Of a stretch of DNA of 64,000 bases, positions 1 through 12,667 are shown in pieces (position 1 is the first letter of the stretch; every line of letters starts with the position of its first letter). The notes under the pieces were generated by a model. The model made no database searches and had not been told where the DNA came from. It saw nothing but the letters and a program-made list of their open reading frames with translations. The stretch covers positions 4,836,001 to 4,900,000 of the forward strand of contig CATNEN010000005.1 of NCBI GenBank assembly GCA_950097015.1. The letters are read 5' to 3'. Made by a program: the position numbers and the translations under genes. Source of the DNA: Macrostomum hystrix (Eukaryota > Animalia > Platyhelminthes).

Positions 1-3000
1 CTCTTGCTGCGATTCTAGCTTTGCCTCTCTTGCTGCGATTCTAGCTTTGCCTCTCTTGCTGCGATTCTAGCTTTGTCTCTCTTGCTGCGATTCTAGCTTT
101 GTCTCTCTTGCTGCGATTCTAGCTTTGTCTCTCTTGCTGCGATTCTAGCTTTGCCTCTCTTGCTGCGATTCTAGCTTTGTCTCTCTTGCTGCGATTCTAG
201 CTTTGCCTCTCTTGCTTGGATTCTATCTTTGTCTCTTTTGCTGCGATTCTAGCTTTGCCTCTCTTGCTGAGATTCTAGCTTTGCCTCTCTTGCTGAGATT
301 CTAGCTTTGTCTCTCTTGCTGCGATTCTAGCTTTGCCTCTCTTGCTGCGATTCTAGCTTTGTCTCTCTTGCTGCGATTCTAGCTCTGCCTCTTATGCTGC
401 GATTCTAGCTTTGTCTCTCTTGCTGCGATTCTAGCTTTGCCTCTCTTGCTGCGATTCTAGCTTTGCCTCTCTTGCTGAGATTCTAGCTTTGTCTCTCTTG
501 CTGCGATTCTAGCTTTGTCTCTCTTGCTGCGATTCTAGCTTTGCCTCTTTTGCTGCGATTCTAGCTTTGTCTCTCTTGCTGCGATTCTAGCTTTGCCTCT
601 CTTGCTGCGATTCTAGCTTTGCCTCTCTTGCTGAGATTCTAGCTTTGCCTCTCTTGCTAAGATTCTAGCTTTGCCTCTCTTGCTGCAATTCTAGCTTTGC
701 TTCTCTTGCTGCGATTCTAGCTTTGCCTCTCTTGCTGCGATTCTAGCTTTGCCTCTCTTGCTGCGATTCTAGCTTTGCCTCTTATGCTGCGATTCTAGCT
801 TTGTCTCTCTTGCTGCGATTCTAGCTTTGCCTCTCTTGCTAAGTTTCTAGCTTTGCCTCTCTTGCTGAGATTCTAGCTTTGTCTCTCTTGCTGCGATTCT
901 AGCTTTGTCTCTCTTGCTGCGATTCTAGCTTTGTCTCTCTTGCTGCGATTCTAGCTTTGTCTCTCTTGCTGCGATTCTAGCTTTGCCTCTTTTGCTGCGA
1001 TTCTAGCTTTGTCTCTCTTGCTGCGATTCTAGCTTTGCCTCTCTTGCTGCGATTCTAGCTTTGCCTCTCTTGCTGAGATTCTAGCTTTGCCTCTCTTGCT
1101 AAGATTCCTAGCTTTGCCTCTCTTGCTGCAATTCTAGCTTTGCTTCTCTTGCTGCGATTCTAGCTTTGCCTCTCTTGCTGCGATTCTAGCTTTGCCTCTC
1201 TTGCTGCGATTCTAGCTTTGCCTCTTATGCTGCGATTCTAGCTTTGTCTCTCTTGCTGCGATTCTAGCTTTGCCTCTCTTGCTAAGTTTCTAGCTTTGCC
1301 TCTCTTGCTGAGATTCTAGCTTTGTCTCTCTTGCTGCGATTCTAGCTTTGTCTCTCTTGCTGCGATTCTAGCTTTGTCTCTCTTGCTGCGATTCTAGCTT
1401 TGCCTCTTTTGCTGCGATTCTAGCTTTGTCTCTCTTGCTGCGATTCTAGCTTTGCCTCTCTTGCTGCGATTCTAGCTTTGCCTCTCTTGCTGAGATTCTA
1501 GCTTTGCCTCTCTTGCTAAGATTCCAGCTTTGCCTCTCTTGCTGCGATTCTAGCTTTGCCTCTCTTGCTGCGATTCTAGCTTTGTCTCTCTTACTGCGAT
1601 TCTAGCTTTGCCTCTCTTGCTGCGATTCTAGCTTTGTCCCTCTTGCTGCGATTCTAGCTTTGCTTCTCTTGCTGCGATTCTAGCTTTGCCTCTCTTGCTG
1701 AGATTCTAGCTTTGTCTCTCTTGCTGCGATTCTAGCTTTGTCTCTCTTGCTGCGATACTAGCTATGTCTCTCTTGCTGCGATTCTAGCTTTGTCTCTTGC
1801 TGCGATTCTAGCTTTGCTTCTCTTGCTGCGATTCTAGCTTTGCCTCTCTTGCTGCGATTCTAGCTTTGCCTCTCTTGCTGCGATTCTAGCTTTGCCTCTC
1901 TTGCTGCGATTCAAGCTTTGTCTCTCTTGCTGCGATTCTAGCTTTGTCTCTCTTGCTGCGATTCTAGCTTTGTCTCTCTTGCTGCGATTCTAGCTTTGCC
2001 TCTTATGCTGCGATTCTAGCTTTGTCTCTCTTGCTGCGATTCTAGCTTTGCCTCTCTTGCTGCGATTCTAGCTTTGCCTCTCTTGCTGCGATTCTAGCTT
2101 TGCCTCTCTTGCTGCGATTCTAGCTTTGTCTCTCTTGCTGCGATTCTAGCTTTGTCTCTCTTGCTGCGATTCTAGCTTTGTCTCTCTTGCTGCGATTCTA
2201 GCTTTGCCTCTCTTGCTGCGATTCTAGCTTTGTCTCTCTTGCTGCGATTCTAGCTTTGCCTCTCTTGCTTGGATTCTATCTTTGTCTCTTTTGCTGCGAT
2301 TCTAGCTTTGCCTCTCTTGCTGAGATTCTAGCTTTGCCTCTCTTGCTGAGATTCTAGCTTTGTCTCTCTTGCTGCGATTCTAGCTTTGCCTCTCTTGCTG
2401 CGATTCTAGCTTTGCCTCTCTTGCTGCGATTCTAGCTTTGTCTCTCTTGCTGCGATTCTAGTTTTGTCCCTCTTGATGTGATTCTAGCTTTCTCTCTCTT
2501 GCTGCGATTCTAGCTTTGCCTCTCTTGCTGCGATTCTAGCTTTGTCTCTCTTGCTGCGATTCTAGCTTTGCCTCTCTTGCTGCGATTCTAGCTTTGTCCC
2601 TCTTGCTGCGATTCTAGTTTTGTCCCTTTTGATGTGATTCTAGCTTTCTCTCTCTTGCTGCGATTCTAGCTTTGCCTCTCTTGCTGCGATTCTAGCTTTG
2701 TCTCTCTTGCTGCGATTCTAGCTTTGCCTCTCTTGCTGCGATTCTAGCTTTGACCCTCTTGCTGAGATTCTAGCTTTGCCTCTCTTGCTTGGATTCTAGC
2801 TTTGCCTCTCTTGCTGCGATTCTAGCTTTGCTTCTCTTGCTGCGATTCTAGCTTTGCCTCTCTTGCTGCGATTCTAGCTTTGCCTCTCTTGCTGCGATTC
2901 TAGCTTTGCCTCTCTTGCTGCGATTCTAGCTTTGTCTCTCTTGCTGCGATTCTAGCTTTGTCTCTCTTGCTGCGATTCTAGCTTTGTCTCTCTTGCTGCG

Positions 3001-5490
3001 ATTCTAGCTTTGTCTCTCTTGCTGCGATTCTAGCTTTGCCTCTCTTGCTGCGATTCTAGCTTTGCCTCTCTTGCTGCGATTCAAGCTTTGTCTCTCTTGC
3101 TGCGATTCTAGCTTTGTCTCTCTTGCTGCGATTCTAGCTTTGTCTCTCTTGCTGCGATTCTAGCTCTGCCTCTTATGCTGCGATTCTAGCTTTGTCTCTC
3201 TTGCTGCGATTCTAGCTTTGCCTCTCTTGCTAAGTTTCTAGCTTTGCCTCTCTTGCTGAGATTCTAGCTTTGTCTCTCTTGCTGCGATTCTAGCTTTGTC
3301 TCTCTTGCTGCGATTCTAGCTTTGTCTCTCTTGCTGCGATTCTAGCTTTGTCTCTCTTGCTGCGATTCTAGCTTTGCCTCTTTTGCTGCGATTCTAGCTT
3401 TGTCTCTCTTGCTGCGATTCTAGCTTTGCCTCTCTTGCTGCGATTCTAGCTTTGCCTCTCTTGCTGAGATTCTAGCTTTGCCTCTCTTGCTAAGATTCCA
3501 GCTTTGCCTCTCTTGCTGCAATTCTAGCTTTGCTTCTCTTGCTGCGATTCTAGCTTTGCCTCTCTTGCTGCGATTCTAGCTTTGCCTCTCTTGCTGCGAT
3601 TCTAGCTTTGCCTCTTATGCTGCGATTCTAGCTTTGTCTCTCTTGCTGCGATTCTAGCTTTGCCTCTCTTGCTAAGTTTCTAGCTTTGCCTCTCTTGCTG
3701 AGATTCTAGCTTTGTCTCTCTTGCTGCGATTCTAGCTTTGTCTCTCTTGCTGCGATTCTAGCTTTGTCTCTCTTGCTGCGATTCTAGCTTTGTCTCTCTT
3801 GCTGCGATTCTAGCTTTGCCTCTTTTGCTGCGATTCTAGCTTTGTCTCTCTTGCTGCGATTCTAGCTTTGCCTCTCTTGATGCGATTCTAGCTTTGCCTC
3901 TCTTGCTGAGATTCTAGCTTTGCCTCTCTTGCTAAGATTCCAGCTTTGCCTCTCTTGCTGCAATTCTAGCTTTGCTTCTCTTGCTGCGATTCTAGCTTTG
4001 CCTCTCTTGCTGCGATTCTAGCTTTGCCTCTCTTGCTGCGATTCTAGCTTTGCCTCTTATGCTGCGATTCTAGCTTTGTCTCTCTTGCTGCGATTCTAGC
4101 TTTGCCTCTCTTGCTAAGTTTCTAGCTTTGCCTCTCTTGCTGAGATTCTAGCTTTGTCTCTCTTGCTGCGATTCTAGCTTTGTCTCTCTTGCTGCGATTC
4201 TAGCTTTGTCTCTCTTGCTGCGATTCTAGCTTTGCCTCTTTTGCTGCGATTCTAGCTTTGTCTCTCTTGCTGCGATTCTAGCTTTGCCTCTCTTGCTGCG
4301 ATTCTAGCTTTGCCTCTCTTGCTGAGATTCTAGCTTTGCCTCTCTTGCTAAGATTCCAGCTTTGCCTCTCTTGCTAAGTTTCTAGCTTTGCCTCTCTTGC
4401 TGCGATTCTAGCTTTGCCTCTTATGCTGCGATTCTAGCTTTGTCTCTCTTGCTGCGATTCTAGCTTTGCCTCTCTTGCTAAGTTTCTAGCTTTGCCTCTC
4501 TTGCTGAGATTCTAGCTTTGTCTCTCTTGCTGCGATTCTAGCTTTGTCTCTCTTGCTGCGATTCTAGCTTTGTCTCTCTTGCTGCGATTCTAGCTTTGTC
4601 TCTCTTGCTGCGATTCTAGCTTTGCCTCTTTTGCTGCGATTCTAGCTTTGTCTCTCTTGCTGCGATTCTAGCTTTGCCTCTCTTGCTGCGATTCTAGCTT
4701 TGCCTCTCTTGCTGAGATTCTAGCTTTGCCTCTCTTGCTAAGATTCCAGCTTTGCCTCTCTTGCTGCAATTCTAGCTTTGCTTCTCTTGCTGCGATTCTA
4801 GCTTTGCCTCTCTTGCTGCGATTCTAGCTTTGCCTCTCTTGCTGCGATTCTAGCTTTGCCTCTTATGCTGCGATTCTAGCTTTGTCTCTCTTGCTGCGAT
4901 TCTAGCTTTGCCTCTCTTGCTGAGATTCTAGCTTTGTCTCTCTTGCTGAGATTCTAGCTTTGTCCCTCTTGCTGCGATTCTAGCTTTGCCTCTTTTGCTG
5001 CGATTCTAGCTTTGCCTCTCTTGCTGCGATTCTAGCTTTGCCTCTTATGCTGAGATTCTAGCTTTGCCTCTCTTGCTGCGATTCTAGCTTTGCCTCTTTT
5101 GCTGCGATTCTAGCTTTGTCTCTCTTGCTGCGATTCTAGCTTTGCCTCTCTTGCTGCGATTCTAGCTTTGCCTCTCTTGCTGAGATTCCAGCTTTGCCTC
5201 TCTTGCTGCAATTCTAGCTTTGTCTCTCTTGCTGCGATTCTAGCTTTGTCTCTCTTGCTGCGATTCTAGCTTTGCCTCTCTTGCTGCGATTCTAGCTTTG
5301 CCTCTCTTGCTGCGATTCTAGCTTTGCCTCTCTTGCTGAGATTCTAGCTTTGCCTCTCTTGCTGCGATTCTAGCTTTGTCTCTCTTGCTGCGATTCTAGC
5401 TTTGTCTCTCTTGCTGAGATTCTAGCTTTGCTTCTCTTGCTAAGATTCCAGCTTTGCCTCTCTTGCTGCAATTCTAGCTTTGCTTCTCTT
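1..5490. repeat. 26-bp satellite array (unit CTCTTGCTGCGATTCTAGCTTTG[C/T]CT), truncated by the window start, with ~442-bp higher-order periodicity
   Basis: About 210 near-identical 26-mers. The variant TCTTATG recurs at 780/1223, 3171/3613/4055 and 4419/4861, spacings of 442-443 bp = 17 units. Confidence 0.97.
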
Positions 5491-5956
5491 GGTGCAATTT
5501 TTTTAATATTCAGGGATTGATGCAAACTTTTCAGCTCCGTACTAAAAGCCTTTTTGATAGACCCCCTGTGAGCTCAGTATTGGCCTTCTCTCTTGGCAAG
5601 GTTTTAAAATTCAGGTAACATTTTTGTTACCGTGTTGTGTTTCCTTTGAGTTAACCAGGATATGGGGAAAAACAACACAATAGCACGAAGATTTCTGCTG
5701 ACGTGTACCTCCCTGAGGCCGTTCCGCGGCAATTCCGCGATAATCCCAAGGCAATCCCAAGCATGTGAGCCATGCTGGTAGAATGTTGTAAAGCTTATTT
5801 TCAGGGCTTACAATGTACAAACTAGGAGTATAAAACTCTTAGAATATGCTAGTCCAAACCTAGTCAGTTCCAGACCTCCAAACCGCTAACAGGACACTCG
5901 ACTCATTCTACTCGTACAGGCAAGTAACAAACTGATTTGCCATTGTTAATGCACAA

Positions 5957-7045
5957 TGGGATCAGAGGGAGTGATGGGTTTTGGGATCAGAGAGATTGAT
6001 TGGTAATGGGATCAGAGAGATTGACTGGCAATGGGATCAGAGAGATTGACTGGTAATGGGATCAGATAGATTGATGGGTTATGGGATCAGAGAGAGTGAT
6101 TGGTAATGGGATCAGATAGATTGATTGGTTATGGGATCAGATAGATTGATGGGTTATGGGATCAGAGAGAGTGATTGGTAATGGGATCAGATAGATTGAT
6201 TGGTTATGGGATCAGATAGAGTGATTGGTTATGGGATCAGAGAGACTGATTGGTAATGGGATCAGAGAGATTGACTGGCAATGGGATCAGAGAGATTGAC
6301 TGGCAATGGGATCAGAGAGAGTGATTGGTAATGGGATCAGATAGATTGATTGGTTATGGGATCAGATAGAGTGATTGGTTATGGGATCAGAGAGACTGAT
6401 TGGTAATGGGATCAGAGAGATTGACTGGCAATGGGATCAGAGAGATTGACTGGTAATGGGATCAGAGAGATTGACTGGCAATGGGATCAGAGAGATTGAC
6501 TGGCAATGGGATCAGAGAGATTGACTGGCAATGGGATCAGATAGATTGACTGGCAATGGGATCAGAGAGATTGACTGGTAATGGGATCAGAGAGATTGAC
6601 TGGTAATGGGATCAGAGAGATTGACTGGCAATGGGATCAGAGAGATTGACTGGTAATGGGATCAGAGAGAGTGATGGGTTATGGGATCAGAGAGAGTGAT
6701 TGGTAATGGGATCAGATAGATTGATTGGTTATGGGATCAGATAGATTGATGGGTTATGGGATCAGAGAGAGTGATTGGTAATGGGATCAGATAGATTGAT
6801 TGGTTATGGGATCAGATAGAGTGATTGGTTATGGGATCAGAGAGACTGATTGGTAATGGGATCAGAGAGATTGACTGGCAATGGGATCAGAGAGATTGAC
6901 TGGCAATGGGATCAGAGAGATTGACTGGCAATGGGATCAGAGAGATTGACTGGCAATGGGATCAGATAGATTGACTGGCAATGGGATCAGAGAGATTGAC
7001 TGGTAATGGGATCAGAGAGATTGATGGGTTATGGGATCAGAGAGA
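5957..7045. repeat. 25-bp minisatellite (ATGGGATCAGAGAGATTGACTGG[C/T]A)
   Basis: Direct tandem periodicity of 25 bp, ~43 copies, upstream of the PLD-like gene. Confidence 0.95.
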
Positions 7046-7185
7046 GTTTTTGATCCCATAGCAACTTGTGGCATTCAGATTGTTCTAAAGATATGCAATT
7101 AAATCGTTTTAAATTCCCAATTTTTACAATAATATTTCAGAGCTCTTTTGACGACATTCTGATCGCTTGAAATTGGATTGTCTCG

Positions 7186-10100
7186 ATGGCTGATAATTCA
7201 TCTGATAATTCATCTGATAATTCATCTGATAATTCATCTGATAATTCATCTGATAATTCATCTGATAATCCAGCTGGTAATCCAGCTGATAATCCAGCTG
7301 ATAATCCAGCCGATAATCCAGCTGATAATCCAGCCGATAATCCAACAACGGATGAATCAATCATTTTCAGTAAAGCTGGAATCATCTTCACTAGCACTGA
7401 AGCTAATCAATGGCTTAGTAATTTATTCCAGCGCTGGGTGAAGGAGAACCAAGCGTCGGGAGGAACCGTTCTCATTGCGTCACCGTTCATCGATAATTAC
7501 GGAAAAGAATTTGTTACGGGGGCATCTAATGATACAAATATTAAGGTGACGATTTTCTTTCGACGTAAAGAAAGTAAGCATGCTTACTTCCATTTCAAGT
7601 TCATAGCTTTCCAACCTAATGATGAAGATAAGCCAGCCGAGTTTGTCTACATGTCAGCCAATCTGACACAATGGCACATCAACCCGGGATTTCATCAACA
7701 AGACTGGTGGCTCATGCGCAGGGAACCAAGGTCGAACTTTGAACAGGCGAATGCATTCATGACTGGTACGAAAGAGACTACTACTAGTATTATATTCAAA
7801 TTTTAGTTTGGACGCTAAAGCGGTACCAATGTACAAAACTGAGTGACTAAAAATCCTGTCAAAATCCGTCTGTCTTTGCAGAGCTAAGAAGACATCAAGT
7901 CGCGGAATATCGTAAGTGAATAATGTTTAAATATTGTACCAAAAGTTTGAGAACAAAAAAATAACAATGGGAACAATGAGCTAATAAAATATAATTAACT
8001 ACGAATATAATTAACAAAGTTATCAGTTAACCAAGAGCTATCGAAAAATCATACACATTGAGATTAGACACTGAGATTAGACACTGAGATTGGACACTGA
8101 GATTGGACACTGAGATTAGACACTGAGATTGGACACTGAGATTAGACACTGAGATTAGACACTGAGATTAGACACTGAGATTAGACACTGAGATTGGACA
8201 CTGAGATTGGACACTGAGATTGGACACTGAGATTGGACACTGAGATTAGACATTGAGATTAGACACTGAGATTAGACACTGAGATTGGACACTGAGATTG
8301 GACACTGAGATTAGACACTGAGATTGGACACTGAGATTAGACACTGAGATTAGACACTGAGATTAGACACTGAGATTAGACACTGAGATTGGACACTGAG
8401 ATTGGACACTGAGATTAGACACTGAGATTAGACACTGAGATTAGACACTGAGATTAGACACTGAGATTAGACACTGAGATTGGACACTGAGATTAGACAC
8501 TGAGATTAGACACTGAGATTAGACACTGAGATTAGACACTGAGATTGGACACTGAGATTGGACACTGAGATTAGACACTGAGATTGGACACTGAGATTGG
8601 ACACTGAGATTAGACATTGAGATTAGACACTGAGATTGGACACTGAGATTGGACACTGAGATTAGACATTGAGATTAGACACTGAGATTAGACACTGAGA
8701 TTGGACACTGAGATTGGACACTGAGATTAGACACTGAGATTGGACACTGAGATTAGACACTGAGATTAGACACTGAGATTAGACACTGAGATTAGACACT
8801 GAGATTGGACACTGAGATTGGACACTGAGATTAGACACTGAGATTGGACACTGAGATTAGACACTGAGATTGGACACTGAGATTAGACACTGAGATTGGA
8901 CACTGAGATTAGACACTGAGATTAGACACTGAGATTAGACACTGAGATTAGACACTGAGATTAGACACTGAGATTAGACACTGAGATTAGACACGGACTG
9001 TGATTAGACACGGACTGTGATTAGACACGGACTGTGATTGGACACGGACTGTGATTAGACACGGACTGTGATTAGACACGGACTGTGATTAGACACGGAC
9101 TGTGATTAGACACGGACTGTGATTAGACACGGACTGTGATTAGACACGGACAGTGAATAGACACGGACTGTGATTAGACACGGACTGTGATTAGACACGG
9201 ACTGTGATTAGACACGGACTGTGATTAGACACGGACTGTGATTAGACACGGACAGTGAATAGACACGGACTATGAATAGACACGGACTGTGAATAGACAC
9301 GGACTATGAATAGACACGGACTGTGATTAGACACGGACTGTGATTAGACACGGACTGTGATTAGACACGGACAGTGATTAGACACGGACTGTGATTAGAC
9401 ACGGACAGTGAATAGACACGGACTATGAATAGACACGGACTGTGAATAGACACGGACTATGAATAGACACGGACTGTGATTAGACACGGACAGTGAATAG
9501 ACACGGACTATGAATAGACACGGACTGTGAATAGACACGGACTATGAATAGACACGGACTGTGATTAGACACGGACTATGAATAGACACGGACTGTGATT
9601 AGACACGGACTGTGATTAGACACGGACTGTGATTAGACACGGACAGTGAATAGACACGGACTATGAATAGACACGGACTATGAATAGACACGGACTGTGA
9701 TTAGACACGGACTGTGATTAGACACGGACTGTGATTAGACACGGACAGTGAATAGACACGGACTATGAATAGACACGGACTGTGATTAGACACGGACTGT
9801 GAATAGACACGGACTGTGAATAGACACGGACTGTGAATAGACACGGACTGTGATTAGACACGGACTGTGAATAGACACGGACTGCGAATAGACACGTACC
9901 GTGAATAGACACGGACTGTGAATAGACACGGACTGCGAATAGACACGGACCGTGAATAGACACGGACTGTGAATGGACACGGACTGTGAATAGACACGGA
10001 CTGCGAATAGACACGGACTGTGAATAGACACGGACTGTGAATAGAACGGACTGCGAATAGACACGGACCGTGAATAGACACGGACTGTGAATAGACACGG

Positions 10101-11848
10101 ACTGTGAATAGACACGGACTGTGAATAGACACGGACTGTGAATAGACACGGACTGTGATTAGACACGGACTGTGAATAGACACGGACTGCGAATAGACAC
10201 GTACCGTGAATAGACACGGACTGTGAATAGACACGGACTGCGAATAGACACGGACCGTGAATAGACACGGACTGTGAATAGACACGGACTGTGAATAGAC
10301 ACGGACTGCGAATAGACACGGACTGTGAATAGACACGGACTGTGAATAGAACGGACTGCGAATAGACACGGACCGTGAATAGACACGGACTGTGATTAGA
10401 CACGGACTGTGAATAGACACGGACTGCGAATAGACACGTACCGTGAATAGACACGGACTGTGAATAGACACGGACTGCGAATAGACACGGACCGTGAATA
10501 GACACGGACTGTGAATAGACACGGACTGTGAATAGACACGGACTGCGAATAGACACGGACTGTGAATAGACACGGACTGTGAATAGACACGGACTGTGAA
10601 TAGACACGGACTGTGAATAGACACGGACTGTGAATAGACACGGACTGTGATTAAATATACTTTCATTGATGTTTTAATAGGCAATGCTGCCCGTCGTCAA
10701 CCGGCCAATGATGGTGAGTAAAAGGCAATTTATATTTGTCATTAAGGCTAACAAATATAATTCTGATCATCTATAGCTTTAGCTTTTGCTTTCTGCTATA
10801 TTAACTTCAAACAGAAGGATAGTTTTAAGCAAAATATTATTTTGTTTTATTGATGTGATTTCAAAACTAGAAATATTATATGAATTACGAAGGGTGAATA
10901 GATACTGGTACTCAAATGAAGTTTTGTACGCTTGAGCAAATAGAGATACCATGGGTTTTTATATAGCCATTTTCCCTATTTGTCAAGTTTTTATCGGAGA
11001 TGAATAAAAAGTTTCATTTATTTTCTGCGCAAAACGATTACATATTGGTATTTAGTCTGACCTTGAGAAGTTTCAATCCTTTGCACCCGCTTTTAGGAGT
11101 GGACGATCTCGCACTTGGATTCAGTGGTTTGGGATTACAACAGCAGCAACCACAGCCACCACAGCCACCACAGCAACCACAGCAACAGCAGCAACCACAG
11201 CCACAACCACAGCAACTACATCAGCAGCCAAATGTCGAGTTGGCCATATTCACGCATGTAGAGCTGCTTCAAAAGCTGACAAACAAGCTCGGGCAATGGA
11301 AAAACGGCGACGTGCTGATTGTGTCGCCATTCTTTCAGTGGAATAATCATAATGGCATAAAAACGGAACAGTGTAGCAACACAAATTATCTGAAAAAATT
11401 ATATGAAGATATGGGATCAGCGAACCCATTTAAGTCACTGACAGTCTGCACTCGCGAGAAGCCTGAATATGGAAAAAAACATATAGGCAAATGGTGCGAA
11501 TTTCATTGGCAGTTTCGCGTAGGAAATTCCTTTCACACGAAGCTCCTGGCTTGCCTTAAACCAGATAGACAAGCGGAGATTGTCTACACGTCCGCTAATT
11601 TCAACGAAGCTCACTATGATTTTCCTGGGAACGGAAACTCCCGGAATTATCTCCAGCACGACTCTTGGATTGAGATCGAGGCGAGCGAAGAAGAATTCTG
11701 TAATATTCGAGACCTCTTTGTCAAATCGCAAATCAGGCCGCACGGACTGTGCGATGATCATCATTATCCAAATCTGCAGCATGCTCCATATCAACAGCAG
11801 CATGCTCCATATCAGCAGCAGCAGTATTCAACGACTCAGCCTCAGTAA
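7186..11848 (+). CDS. Spliced gene for a protein with two PLD-superfamily (HKD-like nuclease/phosphodiesterase) half-domains, ~464 aa; exons 7186-7765, 7882-7911, 10681-10713, 11097-11848
   Basis: Domain 1: VLIASPFID...FHFKFIAF...AEFVYMSANLT. Domain 2: VLIVSPFFQ...FHTKLLAC...AEIVYTSANFN. Three phase-1 GT-AG introns (G|gtacga..tttgcag|AG, C|gtaagt..taatag|GC, G|gtgagt..ttttag|GA) join the two ORF-track ORFs in frame: ...NAFMT-E-LRRHQVAEY-R-NAARRQPAND-G-VDDLALGF.... An in-frame stop lies 5 codons upstream of the ATG at 7186. Confidence 0.8.
7192..7350 (+). repeat. Coding 12-bp tandem repeat giving (SSDN)n(PADN)n at the N-terminus of the PLD-like protein
   Basis: TCATCTGATAAT units followed by CCAGC[T/C]GATAAT units, in frame with the ORF. 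Confidence 0.9.
8060..8990. repeat. 13-bp minisatellite GAGATT[A/G]GACACT (intron 2 of the PLD-like gene)
   Basis: About 70 tandem copies. Confidence 0.95.
8985..10651. repeat. 17-bp minisatellite GA[T/A]TAGACACGGACTG[T/C], contiguous with and related to the 13-mer
   Basis: About 98 copies; shares the GATTAGACAC core with the 13-mer. Confidence 0.95.
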
Positions 11849-12667
11849 AATCGGTATCAATTGTCCTCCACCTGGCCACCAAGCAGGAAGAAGGCTTAAG
11901 TCTCAACTGCGGCACAGCAACAAAAGTACACGTGCTGAACAAAAACGATGACTCGAAAGTGATTAAATTCTTTATATGACCAGATATTTATATTCAGTCT
12001 TCCTTTATAGATTTTTTGTGTCAGTGACTTACCCATATAACCGTGCGTCATTTTTCGAAGTTAAAAACGAATGAGTTAAGTGTTGATTGACTATTGGAAT
12101 ATGAGTATGGTAGGTATAGTCACCATTTTAAGGAAGCTTGGACTTGGCTACTATTTTTACTGATTGATTTTTAGCACTAAATCTATGAGATAGACGATAC
12201 ATTCCTTATAAAAATGTAGCTTCTTTTTTATCTTCTTTTGGTTTTTGTAGCCTTTTTTAAAGTTTGCCTTTGTTTATTTTGTGTTTTATTTATACTCAAG
12301 ATATTGCTATTAGCCTTGTAGGGCTGTGTTTATTCACCACAATGCTTAGCACTATGTGACTAACCTGCTGTGCAAAAGTTAGTTGAATACTTGTCTTTTT
12401 CCGTTTATGTAGCCACTGATTAATCCATAGTCAACCTGTTTAGTTATTTCTTACTAGTTTTGCGAAACTATTTTTGATTCATTTTTCTGATAATTGATTT
12501 CATACCAAGTTAAAATCGGGTGATTGGTTATTCGTTTTTTATACATATACTATACTTACTGATTTTTTATATTTATATATTTCCTAACGCACCGATTTTA
12601 TCTAAAATACACCAGACCTCTTTAATGGCAAGAAAACTCTGCTCATTTTCTTATGTTTCACATAGCT

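Noticed and set aside
9763-10684. Long ORFs (up to 276 aa) in the 17-mer array, and similar ORFs at 14019-14552, 16850-17452, 21165-21634, 23462-24072, 30048-31426, 38606-39238, 47801-48306, 52760-53343, 61117-61657 and 62062-63559
   Set aside because: They are translations of stop-free tandem repeats, open in several frames, and lie in introns or intergenic arrays.
11000-11096. ORF-track start for an independent second PLD gene (MNKKFHLF...)
   Set aside because: This stretch is AT-rich intron ending in a good acceptor (ttttag at 11091-11096); splicing to the upstream microexons explains the frame better.
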